Below are positions 19,291-27,192 of a DNA stretch of 64,000 bases, piece by piece (the first letter of the stretch is position 1; each line of letters opens with the position of its first letter). A program made the translations under genes and the position numbers. Source of the DNA: a candidate division WWE3 bacterium (GTDB lineage Bacteria > Patescibacteriota > WWE3 > 2-01-FULL-39-13); NCBI GenBank assembly GCA_943354835.1, contig CALRDH010000002.1:106270-170269 (forward strand), read 5' to 3'. The notes beneath the pieces were generated by a model that had not been told where the DNA came from, searched no databases, and worked only from the letters and a program-made list of their open reading frames with translations.

Positions 19291-19513
19291 CTTTTGTGTA
19301 ATAGAGTGCCCTTGTAAGTTCTTTAACTTTCATGCCCATGTTCTTTGACTTTAAAATTTTACTTAATGGCGGTTTCTTTTCAGTTGTTATTGTATATTCC
19401 CTTAATGCTAGATTGACAATTTCCTGTAAAGAAACGCCTTCTCTTACAGCCATTGCTTCAGAAGCTTTCTTAATATCTTTGTCGATTCTTAAAGTGGTTT
19501 TTATTTTTTCCAT
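19274..19513 (-). CDS. Ribbon-helix-helix antitoxin (VapB-like)
   Basis: KTTLRIDKDI..A..A..EGVSLQEIVNLALREY; upstream TTGACT..CAAACT promoter with tandem GTATGGCA repeats (19524-19539). Confidence 0.78.
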   Translation of the reverse strand: MEKIKTTLRIDKDIKKASEAMAVREGVSLQEIVNLALREYTITTEKKPPLSKILKSKNMGMKVKELTRALYYTKDDEII

Positions 19514-19575
19514 ACCTAAAGTTTGCCATACTGCCATACAAGAAGTCAACGAGAAATTCATATATACTATTCAAT

Positions 19576-20277
19576 ATGGAAATTCGCTTAGATTCGTTTA
19601 TGTCTAAATATGGTGTTTGTTCACGTCGTAAGGCAAAGGTTTTGGTCGAGGCTGGAAATGTTTTTGTTAATGGCCAGATTACAAAAGAAATTATTAAAAT
19701 TGATGAAGGTAAAGACGTTGTTATTGTGAATCGTCAAAGGATTGATATTTCAAGTTTAAAATATAGATATATAGCTTTGAATAAGCCTGTTAATATTTTA
19801 AGTACTACAAAAGATGATCGCGGTAGAAAATCGGTTTTAGATTTGGTAAGGGTTCCTGAAAAGGTTTATCCGATCGGAAGGCTTGATTTTAATTCTTCGG
19901 GACTAATTATATTAACAAATGATGGCGACTTTGCTTTAAAAATGACGCATCCAAGATATCATGTTCCTAAAAAATATATTGTTAATGTTTTAGAAAATTT
20001 AACTAAACATCAGCTTGATACATTAAAAAGAGGCGTAAATATCTATGATACAAAAACATTGCCTTGTGAAGTTGAAAAACTTGATAGTAGAACATTTGGA
20101 ATAATTCTTCATCAAGGTATAAAAAGACAAATAAGGGAAATGTGCAGAGCCGTTAATTTAACAGTCAACGCGCTCGAAAGAATATCAATTGGATCTCTAA
20201 CACTTGGAAACCTAAAGCTGGGAGAATACAGAGACCTAACAAAAGAAGAAGTACAAATGCTAAAGGACTTATTTTAA
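19576..20277 (+). CDS. rRNA pseudouridine synthase, RsuA/RluB family
   Basis: S4 domain SRRKA, LNKP, catalytic GRLD, HPRY, GIKRQIREM. Confidence 0.93.
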   Translation: MEIRLDSFMSKYGVCSRRKAKVLVEAGNVFVNGQITKEIIKIDEGKDVVIVNRQRIDISSLKYRYIALNKPVNILSTTKDDRGRKSVLDLVRVPEKVYPIGRLDFNSSGLIILTNDGDFALKMTHPRYHVPKKYIVNVLENLTKHQLDTLKRGVNIYDTKTLPCEVEKLDSRTFGIILHQGIKRQIREMCRAVNLTVNALERISIGSLTLGNLKLGEYRDLTKEEVQMLKDLF

Positions 20278-20353
20278 TGGTGGTGAGGGTGAGACTCGAA
20301 CTCACATAGCCGGTTTTTCAGACCGGTGCCTTGACCATCTTGGCTACCTCACC
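20278..20353 (-). tRNA. tRNA-Phe(GAA)
   Basis: Anticodon arm CCGGT-CTGAAAA-ACCGG, encoded CCA. Confidence 0.95.
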
Positions 20354-20373
20354 GAAATTTTTTGCAAACTAAA

Positions 20374-20429
20374 TGGTGCACACTTCGTGTACCCCAAATT
20401 CTAACTTTTCGCGTTGCTCAAAGAGAATT
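20374..20429 (-). repeat. 56-nt foldback insert duplicating the tRNA-Arg 3' end
   Basis: After the CCA: hairpin, inverted end copy GGGGTAC, then a second GTGCACCA. Confidence 0.6.
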
Positions 20430-20505
20430 TGGTGCACCTGGTAGGATTCGGACCTACGACCTACCGCTTAGAAGGCGGTCGCTCTATCCCCTGAGCTACA
20501 GGTGC
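20430..20505 (-). tRNA. tRNA-Arg(TCT)
   Basis: Anticodon arm ACCGC-CTTCTAA-GCGGT; T-loop TCCGAAT (variant); encoded CCA. Confidence 0.92.
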
Positions 20506-20548
20506 GTAATTTCTTCTGCTTAATTCTATATGATAGGCATAACACTTA

Positions 20549-21436
20549 TCAAGCACTGATAAATGGAACACCAATCTTCCATATGCCTTTTTCTAAAAAT
20601 GCTTCAATAGTTTGTCTTGTAGCCTTATTTATAAGATTTGAATGGGAAATTTTATTTATCCTAGAGTATTCAGCTAGTGTAATAATCTTCTTGTTTTCTA
20701 GATAGGCCAAGCGCTTATGGTAGCTGATAGTAAGGGCTTTTGCAACGATTTCATTCATAATCTCCGTTTTGCCATTTTTATCAAACTCGTTAAATGCTTC
20801 ATAATATTTATTACGGTCGATATACTTAATATTAATAGGGACAAAACCTTCTCTTATAAGTATGTAGTTATTCAGTACCCGACCAATACGACCATTGCCA
20901 TCAATAAATGGATGTATATATTCAAACGTTAAATGTAGCTTTGCTATGCGATTTATAATATTTAAATGATTATTAGAATTGTGTTCTACAATCATATTTT
21001 GCAATCTTTCATGAATTTCTTGTGGTGGAGGTGCGATGTGACTACCAACGCGAACAAACTCTTTGTCCTTTCTAAATCGTCCCGCAATATCATCTCTAAT
21101 GTTAGCAATAAGCATTTGATGAAGTGATAAGATAATATCCAATGTTAACTCCTGCTCTTTTGCTTTTGTATTGATATATGAAACAACTCGCGCAAGATTT
21201 TTTGCTTCAAAAATTTCTCGTTCACTTATAAATCTATCAAGGTCGATTTGCAGCAAAATCTTTTCTGTTTCTTCAAGTGTAAGTGTGCTGTTTTCGATTG
21301 CATTTGAGTTAAAAACCTGTTCGGCGACTTCTGCTTCACTTATTAGGTTAATCAAAGATTCCTTCCCAATAGAAGATTTATAATATCTATCACGGAGAAT
21401 GTTTATTTTGTTGTATGCAGCAAGTATTTTTGCCAT
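20549..21436 (-). CDS. Fic family protein with short C-terminal HTH-like region
   Basis: HPFIDGNGRIGR and SNAIEN motifs. Confidence 0.92.
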   Translation of the reverse strand: MAKILAAYNKINILRDRYYKSSIGKESLINLISEAEVAEQVFNSNAIENSTLTLEETEKILLQIDLDRFISEREIFEAKNLARVVSYINTKAKEQELTLDIILSLHQMLIANIRDDIAGRFRKDKEFVRVGSHIAPPPQEIHERLQNMIVEHNSNNHLNIINRIAKLHLTFEYIHPFIDGNGRIGRVLNNYILIREGFVPINIKYIDRNKYYEAFNEFDKNGKTEIMNEIVAKALTISYHKRLAYLENKKIITLAEYSRINKISHSNLINKATRQTIEAFLEKGIWKIGVPFISA

Positions 21437-21442
21437 ATATTA

Positions 21443-21534
21443 ATTGTAGGGTTTTTCACGCTTTTGTCAACACAATCGTGAAAACATATCATAAAAGCGG
21501 GCTTTTTCACGTTTTTGGTTGCAATATCGTGAAG
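21443..21534 (-). promoter_or_regulatory. Leaderless promoter with two TTTTCACG-N16-CGTGAA inverted-repeat sites
   Basis: TTGACA-16-TACAAT-6-ATG; half-sites at 21453, 21477, 21504, 21528. Confidence 0.65.
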
Positions 21535-21538
21535 GTTG

Positions 21539-22486
21539 TCAAGCACTGATAAATTTCTTGTTTATGTTTATTGAGGTGTATCCAAGTCCTATAAATATGA
21601 ATCCGAGTATTACTAATGACAATGGCCATCCTATGGAATCAGCAAAATATTCACCTGTTACGTAAGAAATGAATGCTAAGAGGGCTAAAGTACTTACTAC
21701 AAGTATTGTTTTGCTTCGTAAATAGACAGACAGATAAACTCCCGATAAAGCTAAGAATGGATATAGGATTTCCCAAAGTGTTGAATCGTATATTAATTCA
21801 AATGTAGTTGTGAATATTATAAATGTTGAAGCAAAGTATAAAGGTCTAGTTAATATACTGTTCCAAGTATTTCTAAATGATTGTCCAAGGATTAGGTAGC
21901 TTATACCAATTATTATTGCGATATATGAAAACTGTGTGTCAGTAAATGGAGCTACCTCGTTTACAGACATGATTATCGCGCCAATAGTCGCTGTCATGTT
22001 TGCTATTGTGAATAGTGTTAATACTGGTGTTTTATGTATTAAGTTTAAAAGAACATAAAGCATGGAAATTATTGAAAATATTATTGCAATATGAATTGGT
22101 TTTGGGTCGAAAGACGCAATTTCCATAAGCGTCACCATTGCTCCACCTGGAATTAAAACTCCACCTAATGCATGAAAGACGCTTCCTAGCATGTCATCTT
22201 GCTTGTCTTTAATAATAATTGATCCAAGAAATGTTAGTAAAAAGCCGACTCCTAGTGTTACTAATATGTGTCCGAATGAACCAAGATCTTCCCAAATTTG
22301 AGCCACAAAAATTACTATTCCAATTATTACAATTGCAGCACCTAAAAAGTAAAACATTTTTGTAACCGAAAACTTGAAAATGCTTTGTTTTAGTTCAGCT
22401 TTTAAAAGGCTAGATAAATCTTCTTTTGAGATCTCCCCCATTCGCATTTTAATTGATAATTCTTGAAGCAAATCTTGTTTTGTCAT
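21539..22486 (-). CDS. DUF2157-like integral membrane protein
   Basis: FYFLGAAIVIIGIVIFVAQIWEDL motif, ~10 TMs. Confidence 0.7.
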   Translation of the reverse strand: MTKQDLLQELSIKMRMGEISKEDLSSLLKAELKQSIFKFSVTKMFYFLGAAIVIIGIVIFVAQIWEDLGSFGHILVTLGVGFLLTFLGSIIIKDKQDDMLGSVFHALGGVLIPGGAMVTLMEIASFDPKPIHIAIIFSIISMLYVLLNLIHKTPVLTLFTIANMTATIGAIIMSVNEVAPFTDTQFSYIAIIIGISYLILGQSFRNTWNSILTRPLYFASTFIIFTTTFELIYDSTLWEILYPFLALSGVYLSVYLRSKTILVVSTLALLAFISYVTGEYFADSIGWPLSLVILGFIFIGLGYTSININKKFISA

Positions 22487-22488
22487 TT

Positions 22489-22947
22489 TTATTTTGAAAT
22501 CCAACCGCGAAAATTAATTTTTGAATAATATGGATAAGATGCATCTTCAGATCCTGTTAAGTCAATATGTCTTCTAGAATCATTTTTCTGAAGAAAATAA
22601 GTGTAATCAGATCCTCTTGATCCCCCAAAAAACATATTGTTGGATGTGTATTTCCTTGTAAAAGTTATACCATCTGGAGAAGTTGTGTCAGAATCGATAA
22701 TTTTATAATTATTAATTTCTATTGGACCAAGTTCCCTATTCTGATTCGTTTTAGTATCATGTAAATAAAATCTTACTAACTCGGCTTTAGAATCTTTCGG
22801 AGATTTGCTTGAAACCTCATAAATAAAATTGTAATCAGTTGAAATAAAAAGGCTTGGAATATAAACATAAAGCCAAAAACCTATAATGGCTAAGATTGGT
22901 AGCGAAAAAGCTAAAATAACAGAAAAATTCTGCTTTAAAAACTTCAT
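22489..22947 (-). CDS. Hypothetical membrane-anchored protein
   Basis: N-terminal TM; TATTAT-6-ATG start; coupled to the DUF2157-like gene. Confidence 0.7.
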   Translation of the reverse strand: MKFLKQNFSVILAFSLPILAIIGFWLYVYIPSLFISTDYNFIYEVSSKSPKDSKAELVRFYLHDTKTNQNRELGPIEINNYKIIDSDTTSPDGITFTRKYTSNNMFFGGSRGSDYTYFLQKNDSRRHIDLTGSEDASYPYYSKINFRGWISK

Positions 22948-23016
22948 AGTGAAATAATAACACGTGAAGGCAAACTAAGATTAGAAATTGACAAGAATTA
23001 AGTCTAAAATAAGTAC

Positions 23017-24012
23017 ATGCAAAATAATTCGCAGATTATTATTTACCATACTAAAGAAGGTGAAACAAAAATTGATGTGCGATTTGATGGTGATACAGTT
23101 TGGCTGACACAAAAAATGATGGCTGAGCTTTTCGGTAAAGATAGAAAAACAATTACAGAGCATATTGGAAATATCTTTAAGGAAGGAGAACTGACGGAAA
23201 ATTTAGTATGCCGGAGATTCCAGCATACTGCCTTGGACAAGAAGAAATATAATGTTATTTTTTATAATCTTGATGTTGTCTTAGCGGTTGGCTACAGAGT
23301 AAAATCCCCGCAAGGAATGAAGTTTCGTCAGTGGGCAACAGAAAGATTAAAAGAATATCTGATCAACGGATTTTCACTCAATGAGGAAAAATTAAAATCA
23401 GGAAGGTCCATGGAATATTTCGATAAACTTCAAGCGAAGCTTCGGGAAATACGCCTTTCTGAAAGGATCTTTTATCAAAAGATAAAAGATATTTATACAA
23501 CAAGCATAGATTATGATGCAAAAGATAATAAGACGATTGAATTTTTTAAAGTGGTGCAAAACAAGCTACTTTGGGCAATAAGTAAAAAAACAGCTGCAGA
23601 ATTAGCGCATCGAAGGTCAGATCATAAACTTCCATATTTGGGTATGCAGTCTTTCGATAAAAATGATGAAAAGGCTATAACAAAAAAAGATGTGAGTATT
23701 GCCAAAAATTATCTCAATGAAAAAGAAATAAAAATGCTTGGACTACTCGTTGAACAGTATTTAGCATTTGCGGAAACCATGGCAGAAGAGCAAAAAACAA
23801 TGAAAATGTCCGATTGGATAAAACGGCTGGATGTGATTTTACAGATGAGTGGTAAAGAAATCTTAAAGCATGCTGGGAAAATATCTCATGAGCTAGCAAT
23901 AGCAAAATCAGAAAAGGAATACGAGAAATTCATACATAAACAAAAAAAACTAGAGCGAGAAGAAAGCATAAAAGAGCTTGAAGCTGATATGAAGGCTTTG
24001 AGAAGCGATTAG
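23017..24012 (+). CDS. Virulence RhuM family protein
   Basis: TVWLTQKMMAELF, YNLDVVLAVGYRVKS, FRQWATERLKEY, IRLSERIFYQKIKDIY, AKNYLNEKE. Confidence 0.92.
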   Translation: MQNNSQIIIYHTKEGETKIDVRFDGDTVWLTQKMMAELFGKDRKTITEHIGNIFKEGELTENLVCRRFQHTALDKKKYNVIFYNLDVVLAVGYRVKSPQGMKFRQWATERLKEYLINGFSLNEEKLKSGRSMEYFDKLQAKLREIRLSERIFYQKIKDIYTTSIDYDAKDNKTIEFFKVVQNKLLWAISKKTAAELAHRRSDHKLPYLGMQSFDKNDEKAITKKDVSIAKNYLNEKEIKMLGLLVEQYLAFAETMAEEQKTMKMSDWIKRLDVILQMSGKEILKHAGKISHELAIAKSEKEYEKFIHKQKKLEREESIKELEADMKALRSD

Positions 24013-24025
24013 TTATTTTATTTTC

Positions 24026-24139
24026 TGGTGCACCATCTGGGACGATGTTCGAACCTATCTGACCTCAACAATTGATCCCAAGGAGAAGTCTGCTCTCATT
24101 GTTGCCATTTCCTATTTCCGAAAGGAGGAACAACAATGA
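24026..24139 (+). other. Left att junction encoding the detached C-terminal tail of the recombinase (WCTIWDDVRTYLTS...KEEQQ*)
   Basis: 37 open codons from the TGGTGC core, in frame with recombinase codon 546; its stop overlaps the next ATG (ATGA). Confidence 0.75.
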
Positions 24140-24606
24140 ACTGGTTCAAATGCCTTACATCTCGCCCAAAAATAGCACCCTCTATATTATATGACGAGAA
24201 TACCTTTTATCAAGCCTTCTTTAAGGACTTAGAATCCTCTCGAAAGGAGGTGATAATCGAATCTCCCTTTATAACTAGTTTAAGAATGCAGAAATTTTAT
24301 CCAGCATTTCAAAAAATGCTGGATCGTAGAACTAAAGTTCTTATTATTACAAGAGATCCATCGGATCTAGATCCAAATATAAGAGATTTTGCTACAAATG
24401 AGATTATGCAAATGTCAGAAATGGGAGTAAGTGTTACACTACTCAAAGGCAATCATCACCGAAAACTTGCTATCATAGATAGAAAAATAACATGGGAAGG
24501 AAGCTTGAATATTCTTTCCCAAAATAATAGTATGGAAATTATGAGAAGAATCGAAGATAATAAGACAGCCCAAGATGTAATAAGGTTTTTAAAGTTAAAA
24601 GTATAA
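24136..24606 (+). CDS. Phospholipase D-like (HKD) nuclease domain protein
   Basis: IIESPFI, HRKLAIID..WEGSLN single HKD motif; RBS AAAGGAGG. Confidence 0.85.
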   Translation: MNWFKCLTSRPKIAPSILYDENTFYQAFFKDLESSRKEVIIESPFITSLRMQKFYPAFQKMLDRRTKVLIITRDPSDLDPNIRDFATNEIMQMSEMGVSVTLLKGNHHRKLAIIDRKITWEGSLNILSQNNSMEIMRRIEDNKTAQDVIRFLKLKV

Positions 24607-24652
24607 AATTAGTTTAGTGTTATATAATTAAATTTGTTGAAAGGAAAAAACC

Positions 24653-24883
24653 ATGAACAATAATGATCAAGTAATAAAAAAGACAGAATTAGTAATTGAC
24701 GCTCTTTCGTATGCTCATAAAAATCAATTGGATATCAATAACGAGGATGATGTAAAAGTAATTCTTAAAGCCGTTGATCCAGAACAGGCGGATAACACGG
24801 ATGTCGTGGAATTTATGGGACTACTCAAAGCCGCTAACACTTTAATGAAGGAAGATGCCAAACGTAGAAAGAGCATGAATTAA
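24653..24883 (+). CDS. Hypothetical protein
   Basis: TATAAT and AAAGGA upstream; 76-aa ORF. Confidence 0.65.
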   Translation: MNNNDQVIKKTELVIDALSYAHKNQLDINNEDDVKVILKAVDPEQADNTDVVEFMGLLKAANTLMKEDAKRRKSMN

Positions 24884-25033
24884 AGTCCTTTCTCAAATGC
24901 TGAGAGTAGCTAAAATGCACAGAGTATATGGAAGATTAATCGTGGGAGCAAAAAAAATATGTGTCAGATCGGAGGAAAACAGCCAAAGAGATCTTTGAGC
25001 TTTGCCAGTTAAATAAAATCTTCTAAATATAAT

Positions 25034-25621
25034 ATGAATAGCCGTGAGGAATTGCAAAGCTATGTCCCAGCAGAACAAAGTGAACCTTTGGTATTAAGGG
25101 ATGATTTGATGGATGTTGTAGGCAGATTGGGTCAAGTATTACCTCGTGAAGTTATCTGGCAACTTTTCTCCAGTAGCCCTAGTGAAACGGGCGGTAAAGT
25201 TGTTTTCCCATATTTTCGAGTAGATAGCTCTCTGACTATTATCCAAACTTATCATCATATGTTAAGCGATCCAGAATTTCGTAAAAAACTTACTCCAGAA
25301 AAAATAGATAAATATTATGAGTTGGCAAGTAAACAGGCTTTAGAAGCTATTACATGGGTTGAGGTCGGGTTCGAAGGATTAGAAAACCTAGCTCATAGTT
25401 CGGCGTCAAGAAACTGGACCTCTGGTGTTGGTCACTTTGTGACTGATGAAGAGAGGGCGCAAGGCATTATTACTAATGGCAAAAATTTATATTTAAAAAA
25501 TTTAGGATTATTTGTGGAATATCGTGACAAGCAGGGTATAACTGACGATTGCTTTACAGAGTATGGACTTGAGCATTTATTGAATGGGTTTAGGACTGTT
25601 GAAACTCTTCATGGAAGGTAG
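25034..25621 (+). CDS. Hypothetical protein
   Basis: 195-aa ORF, no recognised motif. Confidence 0.65.
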   Translation: MNSREELQSYVPAEQSEPLVLRDDLMDVVGRLGQVLPREVIWQLFSSSPSETGGKVVFPYFRVDSSLTIIQTYHHMLSDPEFRKKLTPEKIDKYYELASKQALEAITWVEVGFEGLENLAHSSASRNWTSGVGHFVTDEERAQGIITNGKNLYLKNLGLFVEYRDKQGITDDCFTEYGLEHLLNGFRTVETLHGR

Positions 25622-25628
25622 CTCTATT

Positions 25629-26417
25629 CTATTCAAAAAATAAGGTTTTATTTCCTGTTTGTCTTATTACTTCGTTGCCTTGAATTAGATACCAACTTAT
25701 CCGATTTTCATTCAAGTCACTCTTAAACGAGCCCAAATATGGAGTTCCTCCCATTTGATAAATTAAGTTAACAGTACTTTCAACAGGAAGAGTGTTTTCA
25801 TTGACAGTAAGAAAATTTTGCTTTGTTTCAAGGTTAATCTCACCAATATATAAATTCTCATTTATAACCGATACAGTGGTTAAAATATTGTCTGATTGGT
25901 ATAGGCGTTTCCACAAGTTTGGAGTTTCTGGATTTATGCTAATGAGTCTGTTATCCGCATAGTTTTGGGATTGTTTCGTAATACAAAGAATCTCAGAAGT
26001 AGATTTAATAAAAGCAGAATCACAGAACTCACCCAAGCTTTTATCGTTATAAAAAGTTTCTTTTCGATTGTAGACTACATTTTCATCGTAATAATCTAGT
26101 ATTACATCCTGAATTTCTTTAACCTTTTCCCTTGTTTCAAGATTATAAATTGTTGTTAATGGCTTGTTTCCTTGTACCAAAATAAAATATGGGTAGTGAA
26201 ATAGTATTTTGTCTGGGTATCCTTTAAATTCGTATGTATCGTTAAATACTTGTAGTTTAGAATTCTCGAGGAAAACTCCATTACTCTCAACCACAGGAGT
26301 GCTTTTTCTACTAAATAAATAGAAAAGACCTAAAAACAATACAAGAATTAAGATTACTCCAATTTGGAGTAATCTTCGTTGATTTGCATCAAGATTATTT
26401 AGTTTAATATCTTTCAT
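25629..26417 (-). CDS. Membrane-anchored hypothetical protein, last gene of the transfer operon
   Basis: Single N-terminal TM; 4 nt after the M23 gene. Confidence 0.7.
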   Translation of the reverse strand: MKDIKLNNLDANQRRLLQIGVILILVLFLGLFYLFSRKSTPVVESNGVFLENSKLQVFNDTYEFKGYPDKILFHYPYFILVQGNKPLTTIYNLETREKVKEIQDVILDYYDENVVYNRKETFYNDKSLGEFCDSAFIKSTSEILCITKQSQNYADNRLISINPETPNLWKRLYQSDNILTTVSVINENLYIGEINLETKQNFLTVNENTLPVESTVNLIYQMGGTPYLGSFKSDLNENRISWYLIQGNEVIRQTGNKTLFFE

Positions 26418-26421
26418 AGTT

Positions 26422-27186
26422 CTATTTTATATAACTTAACGGATTTACCAACTTCCATACATTACTATCCTTTATTTGTATCTCATAATGCAAATGTTCG
26501 CCTGTAGCAAAGCCAGTTCCACCCATTTCACCAAGTGGCGTTCCTGCTTGTATTTTACTACCGGAGTTAACATAAATATCTTTAAAATGAATATACTTTG
26601 TTTTTAGATCTCCACTATCGTTCATAATCTCAACCGTTTTTCCTCCTTCACCATCTACATAGGTTGATGACGTACCTGAATGTGTAGCGTGAATAATTAC
26701 CTTATTGTTTTCTTTATACGAATTGCTTTGTGCATAGTAGGTCGAATTTGGAATAATATCTATTCCTGTGTGGTTTTTACCAAATTGAAGAAAATAAGCA
26801 GGATCCATAAAACCAGCTGTAACAGATGTGTAAGACATGCCCGATCCTCCAAATGGATTTTGACTTGGTATCGTAGACTTAGCAAATTCCTCATTTATTC
26901 CGTTTAAATTATCTCCGACACTTGCAGCAACATACTTAAAAAATCCAGTTGGAGATAAAAATATTGTTGAAAATATTGCAATAAAAGTCACAAACAACAT
27001 TAAAGTCAACATCACAATTGAAGCGATAAACCCAAGAATTGGGCCTTTGAATTTAGCAACAACATCACCTGCAAGGGGTATGGGGATTATTAGATTAACT
27101 ACTATCTTGATAAGTGAATCAACAATGAATCCAAATGGATCATTTTTAGCATGTCGAATATTTTTCGCTACGCTTAATGCCTTCAT
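26422..27186 (-). CDS. M23 family metallopeptidase (probable conjugative cell-wall hydrolase)
   Basis: HTGID and HLH zinc motifs, GTGFATGEHLHYEI; N-terminal TMs. Confidence 0.9.
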   Translation of the reverse strand: MKALSVAKNIRHAKNDPFGFIVDSLIKIVVNLIIPIPLAGDVVAKFKGPILGFIASIVMLTLMLFVTFIAIFSTIFLSPTGFFKYVAASVGDNLNGINEEFAKSTIPSQNPFGGSGMSYTSVTAGFMDPAYFLQFGKNHTGIDIIPNSTYYAQSNSYKENNKVIIHATHSGTSSTYVDGEGGKTVEIMNDSGDLKTKYIHFKDIYVNSGSKIQAGTPLGEMGGTGFATGEHLHYEIQIKDSNVWKLVNPLSYIK

Positions 27187-27192
27187 AAAATA

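Noticed and set aside
20430-24034. TGGTGCACC shared by the tRNA-Arg(TCT) end and 24026, suggesting an island at tRNA-Arg
   Set aside because: 24026 lies upstream of that tRNA, the wrong side for a displaced 3' fragment; the in-frame recombinase tail links it to tRNA-Leu(GAG) instead
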